Shown piece after piece: positions 1-12,885 of a stretch of DNA of 64,000 nt. The stretch's first letter is position 1. Every line of letters begins with the position of its first letter. Location of the stretch: the NCBI GenBank assembly GCA_964016885.1, contig OZ024741.1:202058001-202122000 (forward strand), given 5' to 3'. The stretch is from Eledone cirrhosa (taxonomy: Eukaryota). Position numbers and translations under genes: made by a program. The notes beneath the pieces are model-generated. The model searched no databases, was not told the DNA's origin, and saw nothing but the letters and a program-made list of their open reading frames with translations.

Positions 1-167
1 TATAATTCCACCAATAAGTAATAGAATATTAAAATATTGTTCAGTTTAATCAAATTTTATTATAAAAATGTAAATGAAGAATTATTCATTTTATAATTTT
101 AAATATTTAACTATTAGGATATTTATGGATGTCTCAGTATTCAGTAAACAAAAGAGTAGGTAGGCAT

Positions 168-622
168 AAAAGCCAAACTCGCTGTCTTCAGTTTTCATGT
201 AAACCCTTACCTATGGTCATGAATCTTGGGTAATGACCGAAAGAATACCATCGCAAATACAAGCAGCTGAAATGGGATTCCTCTAAAGGGTCTTTGGAGT
301 AACGTTACTCAATAAAGTGCGTAGATCAGAGAGTCACTACAGGTAGAGCCACTACTACTCCAAATTTAGAGATCACAGCTCTGATACTATGGGCATGTGG
401 TTAGAATGTCTCAACAAAGAATTGCTGGACAGATTTTACAGGCAAAACCAACCAGCAGGAGACCCAGGAGTAGACCCTGAGCAAGATGGGTGGATAACAT
501 CTATGAGCTTGGCTGGTTATGCTTGGGGATCCAGCCGGATCAGTTGGAGATGGTTGCTTCTGACAAGACTCAGTGTTTGAGGTGTCTGCCCCCACGAACC
601 TCTCAGGAATAAGTGGATGAAG
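168..622 (+). mobile_element. Degraded 3' end of an RTE-clade (Expander-like) LINE
   Basis: Broken translation LTYGHESWVMTERI..QIQAAEMGFL..V.GVTLL.KVR...QVEPLLL....QL..YGHVVRM..RGRP is typical of the post-RT region of RTE elements. A second copy lies at 10960-11225. Confidence 0.75.
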
Positions 623-2647
623 AACTATTAGGATACATTGAATAATGTAGTATGAGATACACAATGTCTGAATATAACATGGGATGGTTATGGATCACAT
701 TTGAGTAGAAATATATAAATACTACAATATCAAAATATTGTTCAACTTAAATCATACTTTATAATCATTTTAATGTTCTTTGTATACATTATGTAATAAT
801 CATTAAGAATATTCCACTGTTAGGTTAATTAGAATTATTGTAACATGCAGAATTCAAATCATTTTCTAGACACATATTTTGCTCAGGATTGAACATGTAA
901 TCCCTCTCATTCAATTGTCATATTTATCACATATCCACATGAGCGCTACCCTCCCCTACATCCGGTCTCCTTACATATGGGAATATCCCAGACACATCTT
1001 AAAACACCTGCATGACTGACAAAACCCACAGTCACATGACTGCGACCTCACCCCCTATTTATGGTTAGGCTATTTAATATGCTTTTAGTCTACAGTAAAC
1101 TTTTGACAAGAGTTTTACTCACTTCAATTATGTTGGGTTATTTACATTAATATCTTAAACAATTTCCAAAATCTACTGATATAATTATCCTTTAAAGAGA
1201 CTGCACATAATTGTCAGGCAATTTTTCTTTTATATGTCAGATTTTTCATGTCTTTACAGTTTGACAACATAGGAGAAACATGTACTATAAAAGGGCAGAA
1301 CTTCTCTAACTACATAACTTTCTTAAAACATTTAGTTTGTTTAAATTACAAAATATTTTCTCGATTCAATGTTATTGTTCAGCTTTACAGTGCACACATA
1401 CTTTAATAATACCATTTCCTTAACTGTATATGGTAGCATGCCAGAAGTAGCAGAAGGACTAAGATTAGGTAAGTGGAAGAAGACAGAGATGAGGCCCTCT
1501 TTCCTGGTGGCAGGCTTGAAGTATCAGAAAGAGCAACATCACAAGTAGAAGAGGATGGCCATGGCAGCTAGAAGTCATATTTCAATGAGCTTTTACAGAA
1601 TCTGGAATTTTTTGGTCAGTATGCAGTCTCCTTAACTTCAAGTCCCCTAACCAGAATACTGCCACCCTCACACTCCACTCAGAATCCTCTGGCACTCCCA
1701 ACCAGGTAACAGGATCCTAACCATATCCCCTTCCACTCATTTAATGTCATTTCTCCTGCTACTGCCAGCACGCCAACCAAAACCCCATACTATATGCTTC
1801 CCTGCTGAGATATTGATTGATTATAGTACAAGATTAACAGATAAATAAAACACTAAATTCACAGGAAACAATCAATACAATAAAGTTCACAGAATGAAGT
1901 AGGTTTGTATATTGCGAGAAGAAAATTGTTAATGTGGGCAGGCTGCTTGGCTTGTGAGAAATAGCAGTGAAATCTTCCCTAAATCACATCCTATAGGTGT
2001 TTTAAAAGGAGACATTGGATGATGTAGCCCAATATACATATTATACATACATGAATACCACATACATAGATTACCACCACATACATAGATGACCAACACA
2101 TTATACATAGGTGACCATTTTCTAGTCTAGAACATTTTTCAAACACATGGTCTGACTCATCACATATCAATTGTGAGCTCACTTTAAACCATAGATAATA
2201 AACAATAGATAATATCACACCAAAGATGTAAAGAACTCCCCCTCTATTTCATCTTTACTCTTGGAACTTCTTTAACCACTAACATGACTTTTTTTTTTAT
2301 CTGTCCCTTACTTTAGCTCCACCTCTTTTCTCTTTATTTAGTTTATCTTTTTATCTATATCACTATTTTTAAAGTAAAAATATAAACATTTGACTATGTA
2401 TAGTCTTCCACTCCTCCTTTTTGTCATCCTAATTTTTTTTAATTGCTTTTCTTTATATTCAATGACAACTTTGTCTCATTTATTTCAGTACTATTTCATC
2501 ACTTGAACCCCCCCCCCCCCACCTCCCTCCTCATTTGTCTTAGAAAATAACTTCATTCAAAGGCCAATAACACATTTTGTCATTTTGACATTTTCTGAGA
2601 AATTATTGAAAATTTTAAACATCTTTATAGATATAAATTGTACTCAC

Positions 2648-2760
2648 ATTACTATTGTTGTTTTGCACCAGAAATTTCTGATAGTCCAAAACTCTACAGA
2701 TATCCGGGAGATTACTAATATACTCAAAAACAATTTTGAATCCTTTTAAATGGGTTTTAT
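2648..2760 (-). CDS. Internal coding exon (113 bp, phase 1 to 0) of a host gene, putative IL-17-receptor-like ectodomain
   Basis: Acceptor ttttttttttaatag|AT and donor AAT|gtgagt. Open frame (D)KTHLKGFKIVFEYISNLPDICRVLDYQKFLVQNNNSN. Phase matches the exon at 11237-11368. Confidence 0.7.
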
Positions 2761-2783
2761 CTATTAAAAAAAAAACATATATA

Positions 2784-5400
2784 ATCATCATCATCATTTT
2801 TACATCCACTTTTCAATGCTTGCATGGGTTGGACAGGTCCTTTTCAACATGGCATCTCTCCACTTGTCGCATTCCTTCGCCATCTCCTCTACCAGTCTTA
2901 GCGATTTGAGGTCTGCTCTCACAACCTCTTCCCAGGTCTTTCTTGATTTTCCTCTATTGCAGCTTCCTTCCACTGGTATTTTCTGGCATCTCTTCACCCA
3001 TAGGTCATTGTCCATACCAATGCAGTCTTCTCTTCTGCACACTATCTCAGATTCCCTTTAAGCCCAGTTTCTCTCTCAGCTCATTCAAGCTCTGCCTTTC
3101 TCTCACACTTACATTGCACATCCAACAAAACATGGCTGCTTCATTTTTCTCCAGTCTACACTTGTCCTCTGCAGTCACAGCCCATGTTTCACTAGCATGC
3201 AGTATTGCACCCTGCACACAGGCGTCATACAACCATCCCTTTGTACATAGGAAGAAACCTTTTGTTGTCATCAGTGGGAGTAGTTCTCTAAAATTCTTTC
3301 ATCCTATCCTTATTCTAGCTATTATATTCTTGGTACACCCTCCTCTGCTGCTAATTAGGTCACCCAGGTAGCAGAAGCTATCAACCACATCTATGGATCC
3401 TTCCTGTGACTGGAAAAGGTTTATATCATTAGCAGCCTTCCTCTCTATTTCTCCTGTGCAACTTCTACAAGTAAAGTTCTCCCTTCCTGTTATTCTACTT
3501 GTTATCCCACTACATCTTTTGTGTACCCAAGATTTACATTGTGTACATTGTATGGAGTTTATGTCTACTCCTTTTCTGCATATTGAGCATGGCCACTTCC
3601 CTGACAGAATCTGGGTCCTGACTTTTCTTCTACTCACTAACACTTTAGTTTTGGCTAAGTTTACTCCCAGGCCTTTTGATTCCAAATTCAGTTTCCATAA
3701 TTGGAATTTATTTTCTAGCTTTTTTTGGTTTCAGCTATAAATGCACAGAGAAGTTCCTATGAGCAGCCCATTTTAAACTCATCTGTTATGGCCTGAAGAA
3801 CTATAATGAACAGCAGTGAACTAAGAACTGAACCTTGATGAACTCCTGCCTGTACCGTGAATTCCTCGCTAAACTCATTTCCTACTCTCACTTTACTGAC
3901 AGCTCCTCTGTACATAGCTTGCACTGCTCGCACAAGCCATTCTTCTACACCTAATTTCCTTAAGAACCACTAGATAATAGATCAAGGTACTCTGTCAAAG
4001 GCCTTCTCTAGATCAACAAAAGCTAAATATAGTGGGGGTTTTTGGCTAGGAACTTCTCTTGTAGTTGCCTCACTAAGAAGAGGGCATCTTTAGTATTTTT
4101 CCCAGGTATGAAACCAAACTGCATCTCATCTATTTTGACTCTTTCCCTAATTAGATGCGCTATAACTTTCTCTCACTTTCATAATTTAGTGTCCATTAGT
4201 TTTATTCCTCTGTTGTTGCTCATTTCTAGAGCATCACCTTTGCCCTTGTAGCAATTTATGATTGCACTGCTGCACCAGTCATTGGGTATGACTCCATCAT
4301 GTATTACTTGATTTACTATACGGGTTACTATTTTGACTCCTACCTCTCCCAATAATTTTAACATCTCAGCAACTATTTCTAATGGTCCTGCAGCTTTACC
4401 ATTTTCCATCTTGATTGCGTCTTTGCCCCTATAACTGTCAACTTCAAGAGCTGATCCTTCTGTTGGGTAAGTTGGGTGTAGTCTCTCTTCTACCCATTCA
4501 TCCTCTACATTTATCAATCTCTCATAGTAACATTTCCAGGCCTCTTTTTTGGGGTGAGGGGGGGGGGGGCATCTGTGGTGCTAAGTGCACCAGCGTAATT
4601 TCTAACACAGGAACACTTCATGCCTCTGATCCTTACATTTCAAGACATTGGCAAATTTACTTTTTTCAGCCTCTCTCCTAGCTGTGTATACCTGTCGCCT
4701 AGCCTTTTTCTTAACTACCTGGTACTGGTTTCTGCTAGCCTCATTTTTCCAGTCTTTCCATGCCTGTCTCTTGGCTTTAATAGCTGTATCTACTGTGCTG
4801 TTCCACCACCAGGTCACCCTCTGTCTGGCTGGCACTTTACTCCAACTACAAGTCTCATCAGTAGTTCACAAATGGTTGTCACATAAGAATTTCCAGTTGT
4901 CCTCTATGTTGTATGTATCTAGTGGTCATCCCGCTCACCAAGTACATCTTGTAGGGCCTTTCTAAACCGAGAGGTTCTTTAGCTTCCACACCCTCCATCT
5001 CCATATTTTCCTGTGTATTGTTCCGTCTTGATTATTTTGATGTCACTAATAACTAACTTGTGCTGGGCAGTGCATTCTTCCCCAGGGAAGGCCTTCGCAT
5101 TTATTACAGTCTGTCTTGTCTATCAAGTAAGTAATCAATTTGGTTTCTGTGTTCACCAGATTGATATGAAATCAGGTGGTTGGCTGGTTTCCTGAAATTT
5201 GTGTTGCAAATGGTTAGTTCATTTGCATCACAGAATTCCAGGTGTCCCACCCCCTCTTCATTTCTTGAGCCATAACCATAGCTGTCATGAACTCCATTGA
5301 ATTCATCCTGTTACTGTCCCACATGTCCATTAAAGTCACCTGCCAGGATGATGAGGTTTCTTTCATCAGTACCTGAAGTTGTCTGTAAAAGATGCGCATA
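2784..5400 (-). mobile_element. 5'-truncated, degraded RTE LINE (APE C-terminal part, RT, PHD finger, (ATG)n tail)
   Basis: ORF fragments LAGDFNGHVG, VTWWWN, GKAAGP..IVAEM, NRGIKLM, GLGVNLAKTKVL, WPCSICRKG..CTQCKSWVHKRC, SFCYLGD, LHASETW. (CAT)n at 2784-2797 is the minus-strand tail. Homologous to 44535-47906. Confidence 0.92.
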
Positions 5401-6046
5401 AAACCTAGTTTTAAAATTATTAGCGGTTGGCTCTATGTAATTAAAGGATTTATTACAAGTTAAAATTTGACATTTATACAATACTTTAATTCTAAGATAA
5501 TTTCCTCTAAGGGGGCAAGAGTCAGGGACTCTACAATTACAGTTGGTTACAAGACTATTAATATTAAGAGGTTTACTTGATATATTACCCTGGTACGATA
5601 AAGAGTTACTAGTACTCAATAGCTTACAATAATTATCAACTTCTAGAATATTATTATTACTATTGTTACACTCGTTATCTACAACGGAATGACTCTGTGC
5701 AGGAGTTTTTTGTTCTAGTTTATATAAGTTTATTTTTTTATTTAGTCAAAGCCAAATATTCTGCTAAATTGGGTGTGGTAGAGAAAGATAAATTAACCAT
5801 ATTTTTGTTTATTATACTATAGTATTATGGTCTTGTGGAAAATTTTTTTATAAGATGCTAAAAAATATTTTTTGTATATGGGACATTATTTGAACTCCGT
5901 ATGGAGGGTGAAACCATATTTGAACTATGGAGGGTGAAACAATATACATTTTCCCCTTCTATTCTTTTTATTACTTACTTGATTTACTAAATTATTAACT
6001 GTTGAGACATTTACTAATAGATTGGTATAATTATTATTCTTATTAA

Positions 6047-6214
6047 GGACAGTGGATTGGCAGTATTGGTAGAGGGTCGGACGCCATGCTTTGCAGCATA
6101 GAGTTACGGCCCTTTACGATTCGAGTTCAAATCCCGCCAGGTTAACTTGGCCTTGCGGGGGTCAATAAAATAAAGCACCAGGGTAATTGCTGGTTTTGTG
6201 CCAAAAGTAGAAAC
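6047..6214 (+). mobile_element. tRNA-derived SINE with 18-bp target-site duplication
   Basis: A-box-like ttggcagtattgg and B-box gagttcaaatccc. Flanked by AATTATTATTCTTATTAA at 6029-6046 and 6215-6232. Body similar to the minus-strand fragment at 48097-48212. Confidence 0.85.
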
Positions 6215-7445
6215 AATTATTATTCTTATTAAAATTATTATAATTACTATTATTGTTTCTACTAGTTTTTACAGTATTTTTATTAATATTAAGTTCTCTA
6301 TTTATATTAACTTTATTATAACTAGGTTTAAGTGTAAAAATCCTATTATTAGCTAACTTAAATGTAGGATTGAACTGTATTTCCTCATTATAACCTGATC
6401 TTGTAAGAGCTTAATTAGAATATATAACATTCTGCATGATTATATCTTTATTAGCCAAAAGTTTAGAAATTCTATCTGACATTATTAACAATAGATTTAA
6501 AAATAGATTTTGGATGATTTGAATTTTTATGCACATAATATAAGAATTCATCAGGTTTATGATAGTGTCTAAAAAGTTCAGTATTTAAATTCAGTGTAAC
6601 ATCTAAGAAATTAACAAACTTTGTATTATCATTATAGCTAGGATATTTTTAATTTATACATGTACTTTCTAACTCTCTCAAAAGCAGAAAAACTGAAACT
6701 TTCGAAGGTAGAAAAGCATCATCTCTATACAGACCACCCCCATGCTAAGGAAATTGCTTTTTAATTTATTAACAAGAAATGAGCCTACAAGATTGGTTAC
6801 TTGGGCCGAGTCATTTGAACCCATTGTAGTATAAAAATTCTATAATAGTTTGTCTAGTTGCTAAGACAATATTAATTTCTTGTTTAGTAATATTAGTAAG
6901 GTCTAAAGCCATAGAAAGTGCTTCATTAACGAGGGTAGGAAAAATAGAAGCATAATAATTGTCAATATGAAATTGCAAAAATTTCACATTATTCTTATCT
7001 AAATTAACAAACCTCTCATTAGTATTGCCCCATAAGTTAAGTGTAGTTTTCTGTTTGATAGCGGAAATAATTCTATTGAAAATATTTTTACTAATTCTTC
7101 CTATATCTAATCAATGGGTTACTTGTTAAATATTTAAGGTTAAACTTAGGGGTTTTAGGAATATAAGGTTCAGTGTATTTTTCTAAATTCGATTGTTTCA
7201 CAATATTTTTACCCTGCTTATTGATTTCAGTTAAGTTAGCTTTGTTAGTTTTCGTATAATTTTTATTAAGTTATTTGTAGATGAAAGAATTATAGAAATG
7301 AAAGTCTATACTGTATATATTTTTAGTTTTAGCAGCAAGTACCTGTATTTTTTTGTCTTTTAAAAGAGTTAATTGTAGTGTTAAGTTGTTTCAAGAATGC
7401 ATTATGATACATAGGTTTTTTTAAATTTGATATTTATCATATTAA

Positions 7446-9721
7446 CCCTTTCGTTACCATATTTCTAACCAAAATACACCCCTTATGTGTTTCAATTAGT
7501 TTCTAACATAATCATAAATTTAGTCTGGTTTCATTAAACAACTCTAACTTTTTTATTTATCAACATATTAATGTGATTTTTGGAAGAAAATTTAACGAAA
7601 GGTTCTCAACCAATTCTATTCCATAATTTTTGTCTCAAAGTGACTAATTACAGGTAAATACAGGTAAATTGAACAAAATATGAAATTATTTAAATTTTGT
7701 TCAAACATCGCTATAGAAAATGGGTTATTAGCTAATATTCAATTGGGTATACAACAAAATTTTACTATAGAAGAGTTGTGCACATTACTGGATTTATCAG
7801 GTGAATTTAAACACACAAAAGACAGGTGTACCATAAAGGTATAAATAAAACGAAAGACTGGAATTTGTCTGTGAAGAAAACTAGAAAACAAAATACACAC
7901 ACACCATCAACTAGATTAAATAAGCTCTCCCACATACATAGATACGCAGAAATATACAATAATGATTTACAAAAGAAATTAATCAAAACTCGTCACTCAC
8001 TTTTCAGGTAAATTAAAATAACAGGTAAATTAAAATTACACATAAAGAAAAAGAAAAACGAAGTAAATTTGAAAATATTAATAAAATAAAATCACACATA
8101 TATACAAATCAAACAATATTCCTATCATGAAAACTTGTAAAGCACCCTGCTCTACATAATGCAACCTTGCAGAATGCACATTGGAAAGTTGTTTCAACAG
8201 ACCTTCCACTAGGAGCTTTCCTTTTTTGATGAAGGCATTCACGACACTGCTTTTTGCGACCCTCGATTTTTTTCTAATTTATGGAGATCGGCTGAATTCA
8301 GAGGAATATCTCTCTGGCAGGCTTTGTTTTTTCTCCCTACAGTTATTTTTTTTTAGGAATAACCAGCTCTTAATTGTGTTGCTACATCTGCTCGGAACTG
8401 CAGATGGTCGCATTGTTTTTTTTTTTATATCCAACGGCAGTCCTTTTCTACTAGCGATCACTGTAGCACATGTATGTGTTGCCACAGTATCTAAATTCTC
8501 CGCAAGTTTGACCGAACTGAAAAACCGGTCAAAAAATAATATACGGCCCTGGTTATGGTATGGAAGTGATAAATTCCAGACCACCTCATACCCTAGGCCA
8601 TGCTGACTTACATAATTGTCTCTTTTGCCAGTATAAAATTCAAATCCAGAGCAGTACCCAGTATTCCATTCGCAAAACTTCCAAACTTTCATCCCCCATT
8701 TTGTGGGATTTCCTGGCATATATTGTCGAAAACGTACTCTGCCTTTATAGCCCACCATACCCTCATCGATAGATAAATATCTCCCTGGTTTGTAAACTGT
8801 TTTATATGTGTTTTGAACACAGTCAATGAGGGGTCTTATTTTAAATAAGGGATCATAGTTTGGTTCTCCACGTGTACTGGTGTACTGCTCATGTCTCTCA
8901 CATGTAAATATTGCGTCAATTTTAAAAACCGTGTCCTCGTCTTCAAAGGGTTCATCGCTACTCCAGTAATTTGTAATTCTGGGTAGCTTTCTAATGCCCA
9001 TAATAATATTTATGGCAAAATAAGCTCTAATTTCATTTAAGCTGTGGGAAACCACAAACTATCCCTTTTTTCGCTTTGTTTACTTTCAGCGTAACGGTTC
9101 GTTTCCGCCGTAATGATTTCAAACAAGCCCATAGGAAAAAGTAAAAGGAAATAGTCTAAAGCTTTGCTCTCCTGGGATAGACTATGACTTGGTCCAGTTT
9201 CTTCACAAAAATCACTGAAAGAAACAGTTTTTAAATTTTTACTCCATTCAGGTGCCAATTCATTTTCTTTATCGCTGTCATCGGAGCTCTCGGATTCCCT
9301 GTGTTCACTTTCGGAAAATGAAACATCGGATTCATTATCAAATACCACGTGCTTTTTTTTTTTCAGTTATAGAGTTAGATTTTTCAAGGTCTTCAGAGGA
9401 AAATCCTTCGAATTCTGACTCGCTGCTTGACAGAATGAAATTGGTATCCATTTTTTGTCAGAATTACAAATTTTCAAAACACAATAGGAACAAATTTTGA
9501 AAAAAATCTCCCAAAATTCACAGAATTAAAATAACACGTCGATCGTTATCCAAAACTGTAGCTCAATTGTTTATGCAGTATAATCACGTGTTTTCATGAA
9601 TGTACTAACGAGATTTGCTCTGATATTCTCATTTAAATATGAATGTGTGAGTACGGGCAGTTTTGGGCGGCTTGGTCACATGAACCAAAATTTTTTTGGG
9701 GCAGTTTTGGTAACGAAAGGG
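7446..9721 (-). mobile_element. piggyBac DNA transposon, internally deleted, with intact ends
   Basis: Perfect 14-bp TIRs CCCTTTCGTTACCA (7446-7459) / TGGTAACGAAAGGG (9708-9721). TTAA at 7442-7445 and 9722-9725. Confidence 0.95.
8109..9451 (-). pseudogene. piggyBac transposase (PGBD4-like), frameshifted and internally deleted
   Basis: Acidic N-terminus (SESEFEGF), ETNRYA, DPLFKIRPLID, LSIDEGMVGYKGR..FRQYMP.NPTKWGMKVW, FFDRFFSS, and a C-terminal cysteine-rich domain CRECL..TTFQCAFCKVALCRAGCF..FH. The third catalytic Asp region is missing. Confidence 0.9.
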
Positions 9722-10024
9722 TTAAACAAATCATTTTCAGAATTATCCAACATAATATTATGAGGTGTGTTCTTATACGTACTAAATCCAAATTTATATG
9801 AAGTTTTGATTTTGTTGTTGTTTTCTTTGTAGTTTTTCTTCTGATAAAAAAATGTTCCTTTGTACATGTCGGATAAATGAATTAATACTATTAATAAAGT
9901 ATTTCAAATATATCTTCTTTTCCGGCACTGGGATACATTTAAGGGACATCAGAAAGTAATCCTTGGTTAACATCTTAGCCAAAATTATTTAGCTCAATAC
10001 AAAAAAAAAACAGTAATAAAATAG

Positions 10025-10617
10025 TTTAGATGACTTGATAACACAACCATATAAGGCAAAGAATAATTCAAACTCAAATGTGATATTTGAATTAATAAGT
10101 ATTATTAAATTTATAAGCTCTGGGTGTATTCCTATAATGTTAAGTTTTAACAGTCAAGTAAATATTGTTTAGTTACTGCACGTTATATTTTATTTCTAAT
10201 AAATTTTAATTTGTATGTTTAGTCTTCCATAAAATTTTAACGTTTTACCAACAATATTTTAAATTTTGCTTATGTTTTCAGAATGGAGATGTTCAGACAT
10301 CATTGGTAAATAATTATATTATTTATGTTGTTTAATAAATTTTGAGGAAATCAGTACAGAAGAAAAAAATGGAACATCTTACTGTATTGATGGAAATGTT
10401 CGTAAATCAATTAAATAATTTAGTGTAATTTAATCCTGGTTATTTTTATTCATTTTATATATGCTCTGTGATATTGTAAAACTAATATGATTGGAAATTA
10501 ACCAATCAGATTAAACTCTGAACTGTCATTAACATATATTGCTGTGGACTATAAAATCACATTTGAGCTTTGAATTATTCTTTGCCTTTATATGGTCGTG
10601 TTATCAACTCGTCTAAA
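10025..10617. repeat. ~60-bp inverted repeat (10025-10084 / 10556-10617) at the 5' end of the PLE; probable inverted pLTR
   Basis: tttagatgacttgataacacaaccatataaggcaaagaataattcaaactcaaatgtgat is the near reverse complement of atcacatttgagctttgaattattctttgcctttatatggtcgtgttatcaactcgtctaaa. Confidence 0.75.
10338..10410 (+). ncRNA. Degenerate hammerhead ribozyme motif (probably inactive)
   Basis: ttgagga-a / stem atcagtacag:ctgtattgat / gaaat-gttc-gta-aat. The tail gaaaYgttcgtaaatcaa is shared with 62122-62139. The core is mutated. Confidence 0.4.
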
Positions 10618-10959
10618 ATAATATTTATATGAAAATTGAATTGAATGAGTTATTTTCACAATAACAGGACATATAAGCCCCCTGAATGGAAAAAATGGGC
10701 ATCAGCATGTATAGGAATCAAAACCAAAACTATTATTTTTATGATAAGTGTGCTGATTACACCAAGCTTGTCAAGTTATTATTAATGTTAATATGAAACC
10801 TACATGATAACTAAATTTCCTAATGTGCTTGAAGAAATGAAATCGTTGACTTAACAGTTATACAACTCTTATGAACATGCATAATATAATTATAGCATTA
10901 AGCTTATGAAATTCAAGAAGAATTTCTTGAATTTGAAAATAAGATCTTACTTCTCACAA

Positions 10960-11225
10960 TTGAGAGATCACAGCTGAGATACTACAGGCACATGGTTAGA
11001 ATGTCTCAGGAAAGAATCACTGGACAGATTTTACTGGCAAAACCAGCCAGCAGGAAACCCAGGGGTAGACCCTGAACAAGATGATTGGATAACAACAATG
11101 AGCTTGGCTGGCCTCGCTTGGGGATCCACTGGAGATGGATGCTTCTGACAGGACCTGCTGGCAGAAGTGTTTGATAACTCTTTCCCTACAACTCCCCCCT
11201 CCCCGTAAGTGGATAAGTGGGTGAA
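10960..11225 (+). mobile_element. RTE (Expander-like) LINE 3' fragment
   Basis: Clearly similar to 368-622 (gagatcacagct..catgtggttagaatgtctca..ggacagatttta..gtagaccctga). Confidence 0.75.
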
Positions 11226-11236
11226 AAAGATCATAC

Positions 11237-11368
11237 CTGCATTCCATGAAACTTTTATCCCCTTTTTTTGATTGCGCAGGAAATCTGTTACATGAAAAGT
11301 GTTTGGTTTTGCTGGGTACTTCCCAGGAGAAAAAGGGTTGAAGACCTCCAATTTAGTGTTGTTGCAAC
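11237..11368 (-). CDS. Internal coding exon (132 bp, phase 1 to 1) of the same host gene
   Basis: Acceptor ttttaatatttcag|GT and donor CAG|gtatga. Open frame xCNNTKLEVFNPFSPGKYPAKPNTFHVTDFLRNQKKGIKVSWNA, with an FnIII-like P..P..F.V...I.VSW pattern. Confidence 0.7.
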
Positions 11369-11592
11369 CTGAAATATTAAAACCATTTCTTCAAGATCTA
11401 TTGACATTATAGAATACATTTTTTACATCCTCAATGGCTACAGGATATTTATTCATGGACTCATAACTCCGGATGGAGTTGTGGGGGTGTTGTCAAAACA
11501 TACAGTGTGTTTTGGGGATTTTAAACCTAGCAGAGTCCATAAGGTGCTAAAATATCTGGAGTGATTATTTCATAATGAAACACTGTTTTCTA

Positions 11593-11773
11593 CAAGGCTG
11601 AAAAGTTCATAGGCTGACCAAGATACTTTCATGAAATGACCAAAAGGGGTTTATTTTTCAACATGGTCCCTGGAAAGAAACAATACAGTTATTAATAATT
11701 AGTGCGTGCAAGATTTCATAGCTCTAGCATCACTTCTTCATAGTCAGTCTATGAACTTTCCAGTTGACTCTTG
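11593..11773. mobile_element. Tc1/mariner-derived MITE
   Basis: Imperfect TIRs caaggctgaaaagttcataggctgac / gtcagtctatgaactttccagttgactcttg, with TA on both sides (11591-11592, 11774-11775). Confidence 0.75.
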
Positions 11774-12060
11774 TACAATTACTATACCATCATGAGTTTT
11801 ATTTATGCTTTGTCTTGAGACTTTTTAATATATAAATATCCTCTACACATATACATGGCTGGATTTAGACCGGGGGGGGCACTTCATGTTTGGAGGGTAT
11901 TTCATATACAAAAAAAAAGAATACACAGAAAACCTCCAATTTTACATATCAAAGTCGGCTAGGCGCACATAGTTGGAATTGAAAGACTATACATACAGGC
12001 ATTGAATTCAAAAAAAATCTAACCATCCTCATTTTACATCCACTTTCCATACTGCATGTG

Positions 12061-12885
12061 TTGGACTGTTACAACACAGTGCAGTACAGAAAACAGACAT
12101 AAAAATGATCTAATCTAGGATTTTAACAACACAGTACAATATAGAAAACAGGTATATGATGTAATCTAGGACTGTAACAACACCGTACAGAAAACAGATA
12201 TAATATGATCTAATCTAGGACTGTTACAACATTGTACTGTATAGAAAACAGACATAAAATGATCCAATCTAGGACTGTTACAACATTGTACTGTATAGAA
12301 AATAGATATAAAATGATCCAATCTAGGACCGTTACAACATAGTGCTGTATAGAAAACAGATATAATATGATGTAATCTAGGACTGTAACAACACAGTACA
12401 GAAAACATAATAAGATGTAATCTAGGACTGTTACAACACAGTACAGTACAGAAAATAGATATAAAATAATCTAATCTAGGACTGTAACAACACAGTACTG
12501 TATAGAAAACAAATATAAAATGATCCAATCTATGACTGTAACAACACAGTATAGAAAACAGATATAATATGATCTAATGTAGGACTGTATAAACACTGTA
12601 CAGTACAGAAAACAAACAACAACACGGTACAGTATAGAAAACAGACATAAAATGATCTAATCTAGGACTGTGTCAACACTGCACAGTACAGAAAACAGAT
12701 AACACAGTACAGTATAGAAAACAGACATAATAAGATCTAATCTAGTACTGTAACAACACAGTACTGTACAGAAAACAGATATAAGATCTAATCTGGGACT
12801 GTTACAACACAGTACTGTACAGAAAACAGACATAAAATGATCCAATCTAGGACTGTAAAAACTCAATCACAGTACGGAAAACAGT
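12061..12885. repeat. Minisatellite, ~50-60-bp unit (AATCTAGGACTGTTACAACACAGTACAGTACAGAAAACAGACATAAAATGATCT), about 15 copies
   Basis: Directly visible tandem units. The array starts immediately after a minus-strand RTE-type 3' end (12031-12066, matching 2797-2835). Confidence 0.9.

Larger units (their letters stand above)
5395..9982 (-). mobile_element. Decayed Penelope-like element (N-terminus, RT, partial GIY-YIG), interrupted by a SINE and a piggyBac
   Basis: N-terminal SLKCIPVPEKKIYLK..IR (9794-9982) and KFGFSTYKNTP. RT motifs TTMGSNDSAQVTNLVG (~6785-6835) and GGLYRDDA (~6718-6742). WFHPP motif (~5902-5940, tandemly duplicated). CNCRVPDSCPLRG..VLYKC...YI..T.NNFKTRF (5400-5548). Collinear with the PLE at 62410-63758. 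Confidence 0.85.

Noticed and set aside
1117-1290. Possible further minus-strand exon (gtgagt donor at 1122-1117, ttttatag acceptor near 1285)
   Set aside because: All three frames between these sites contain stops.
12166-12866. Cys-rich ORFs (VLCCNSPRLDHF repeats)
   Set aside because: Translations of a minisatellite with variable, non-3n unit lengths.
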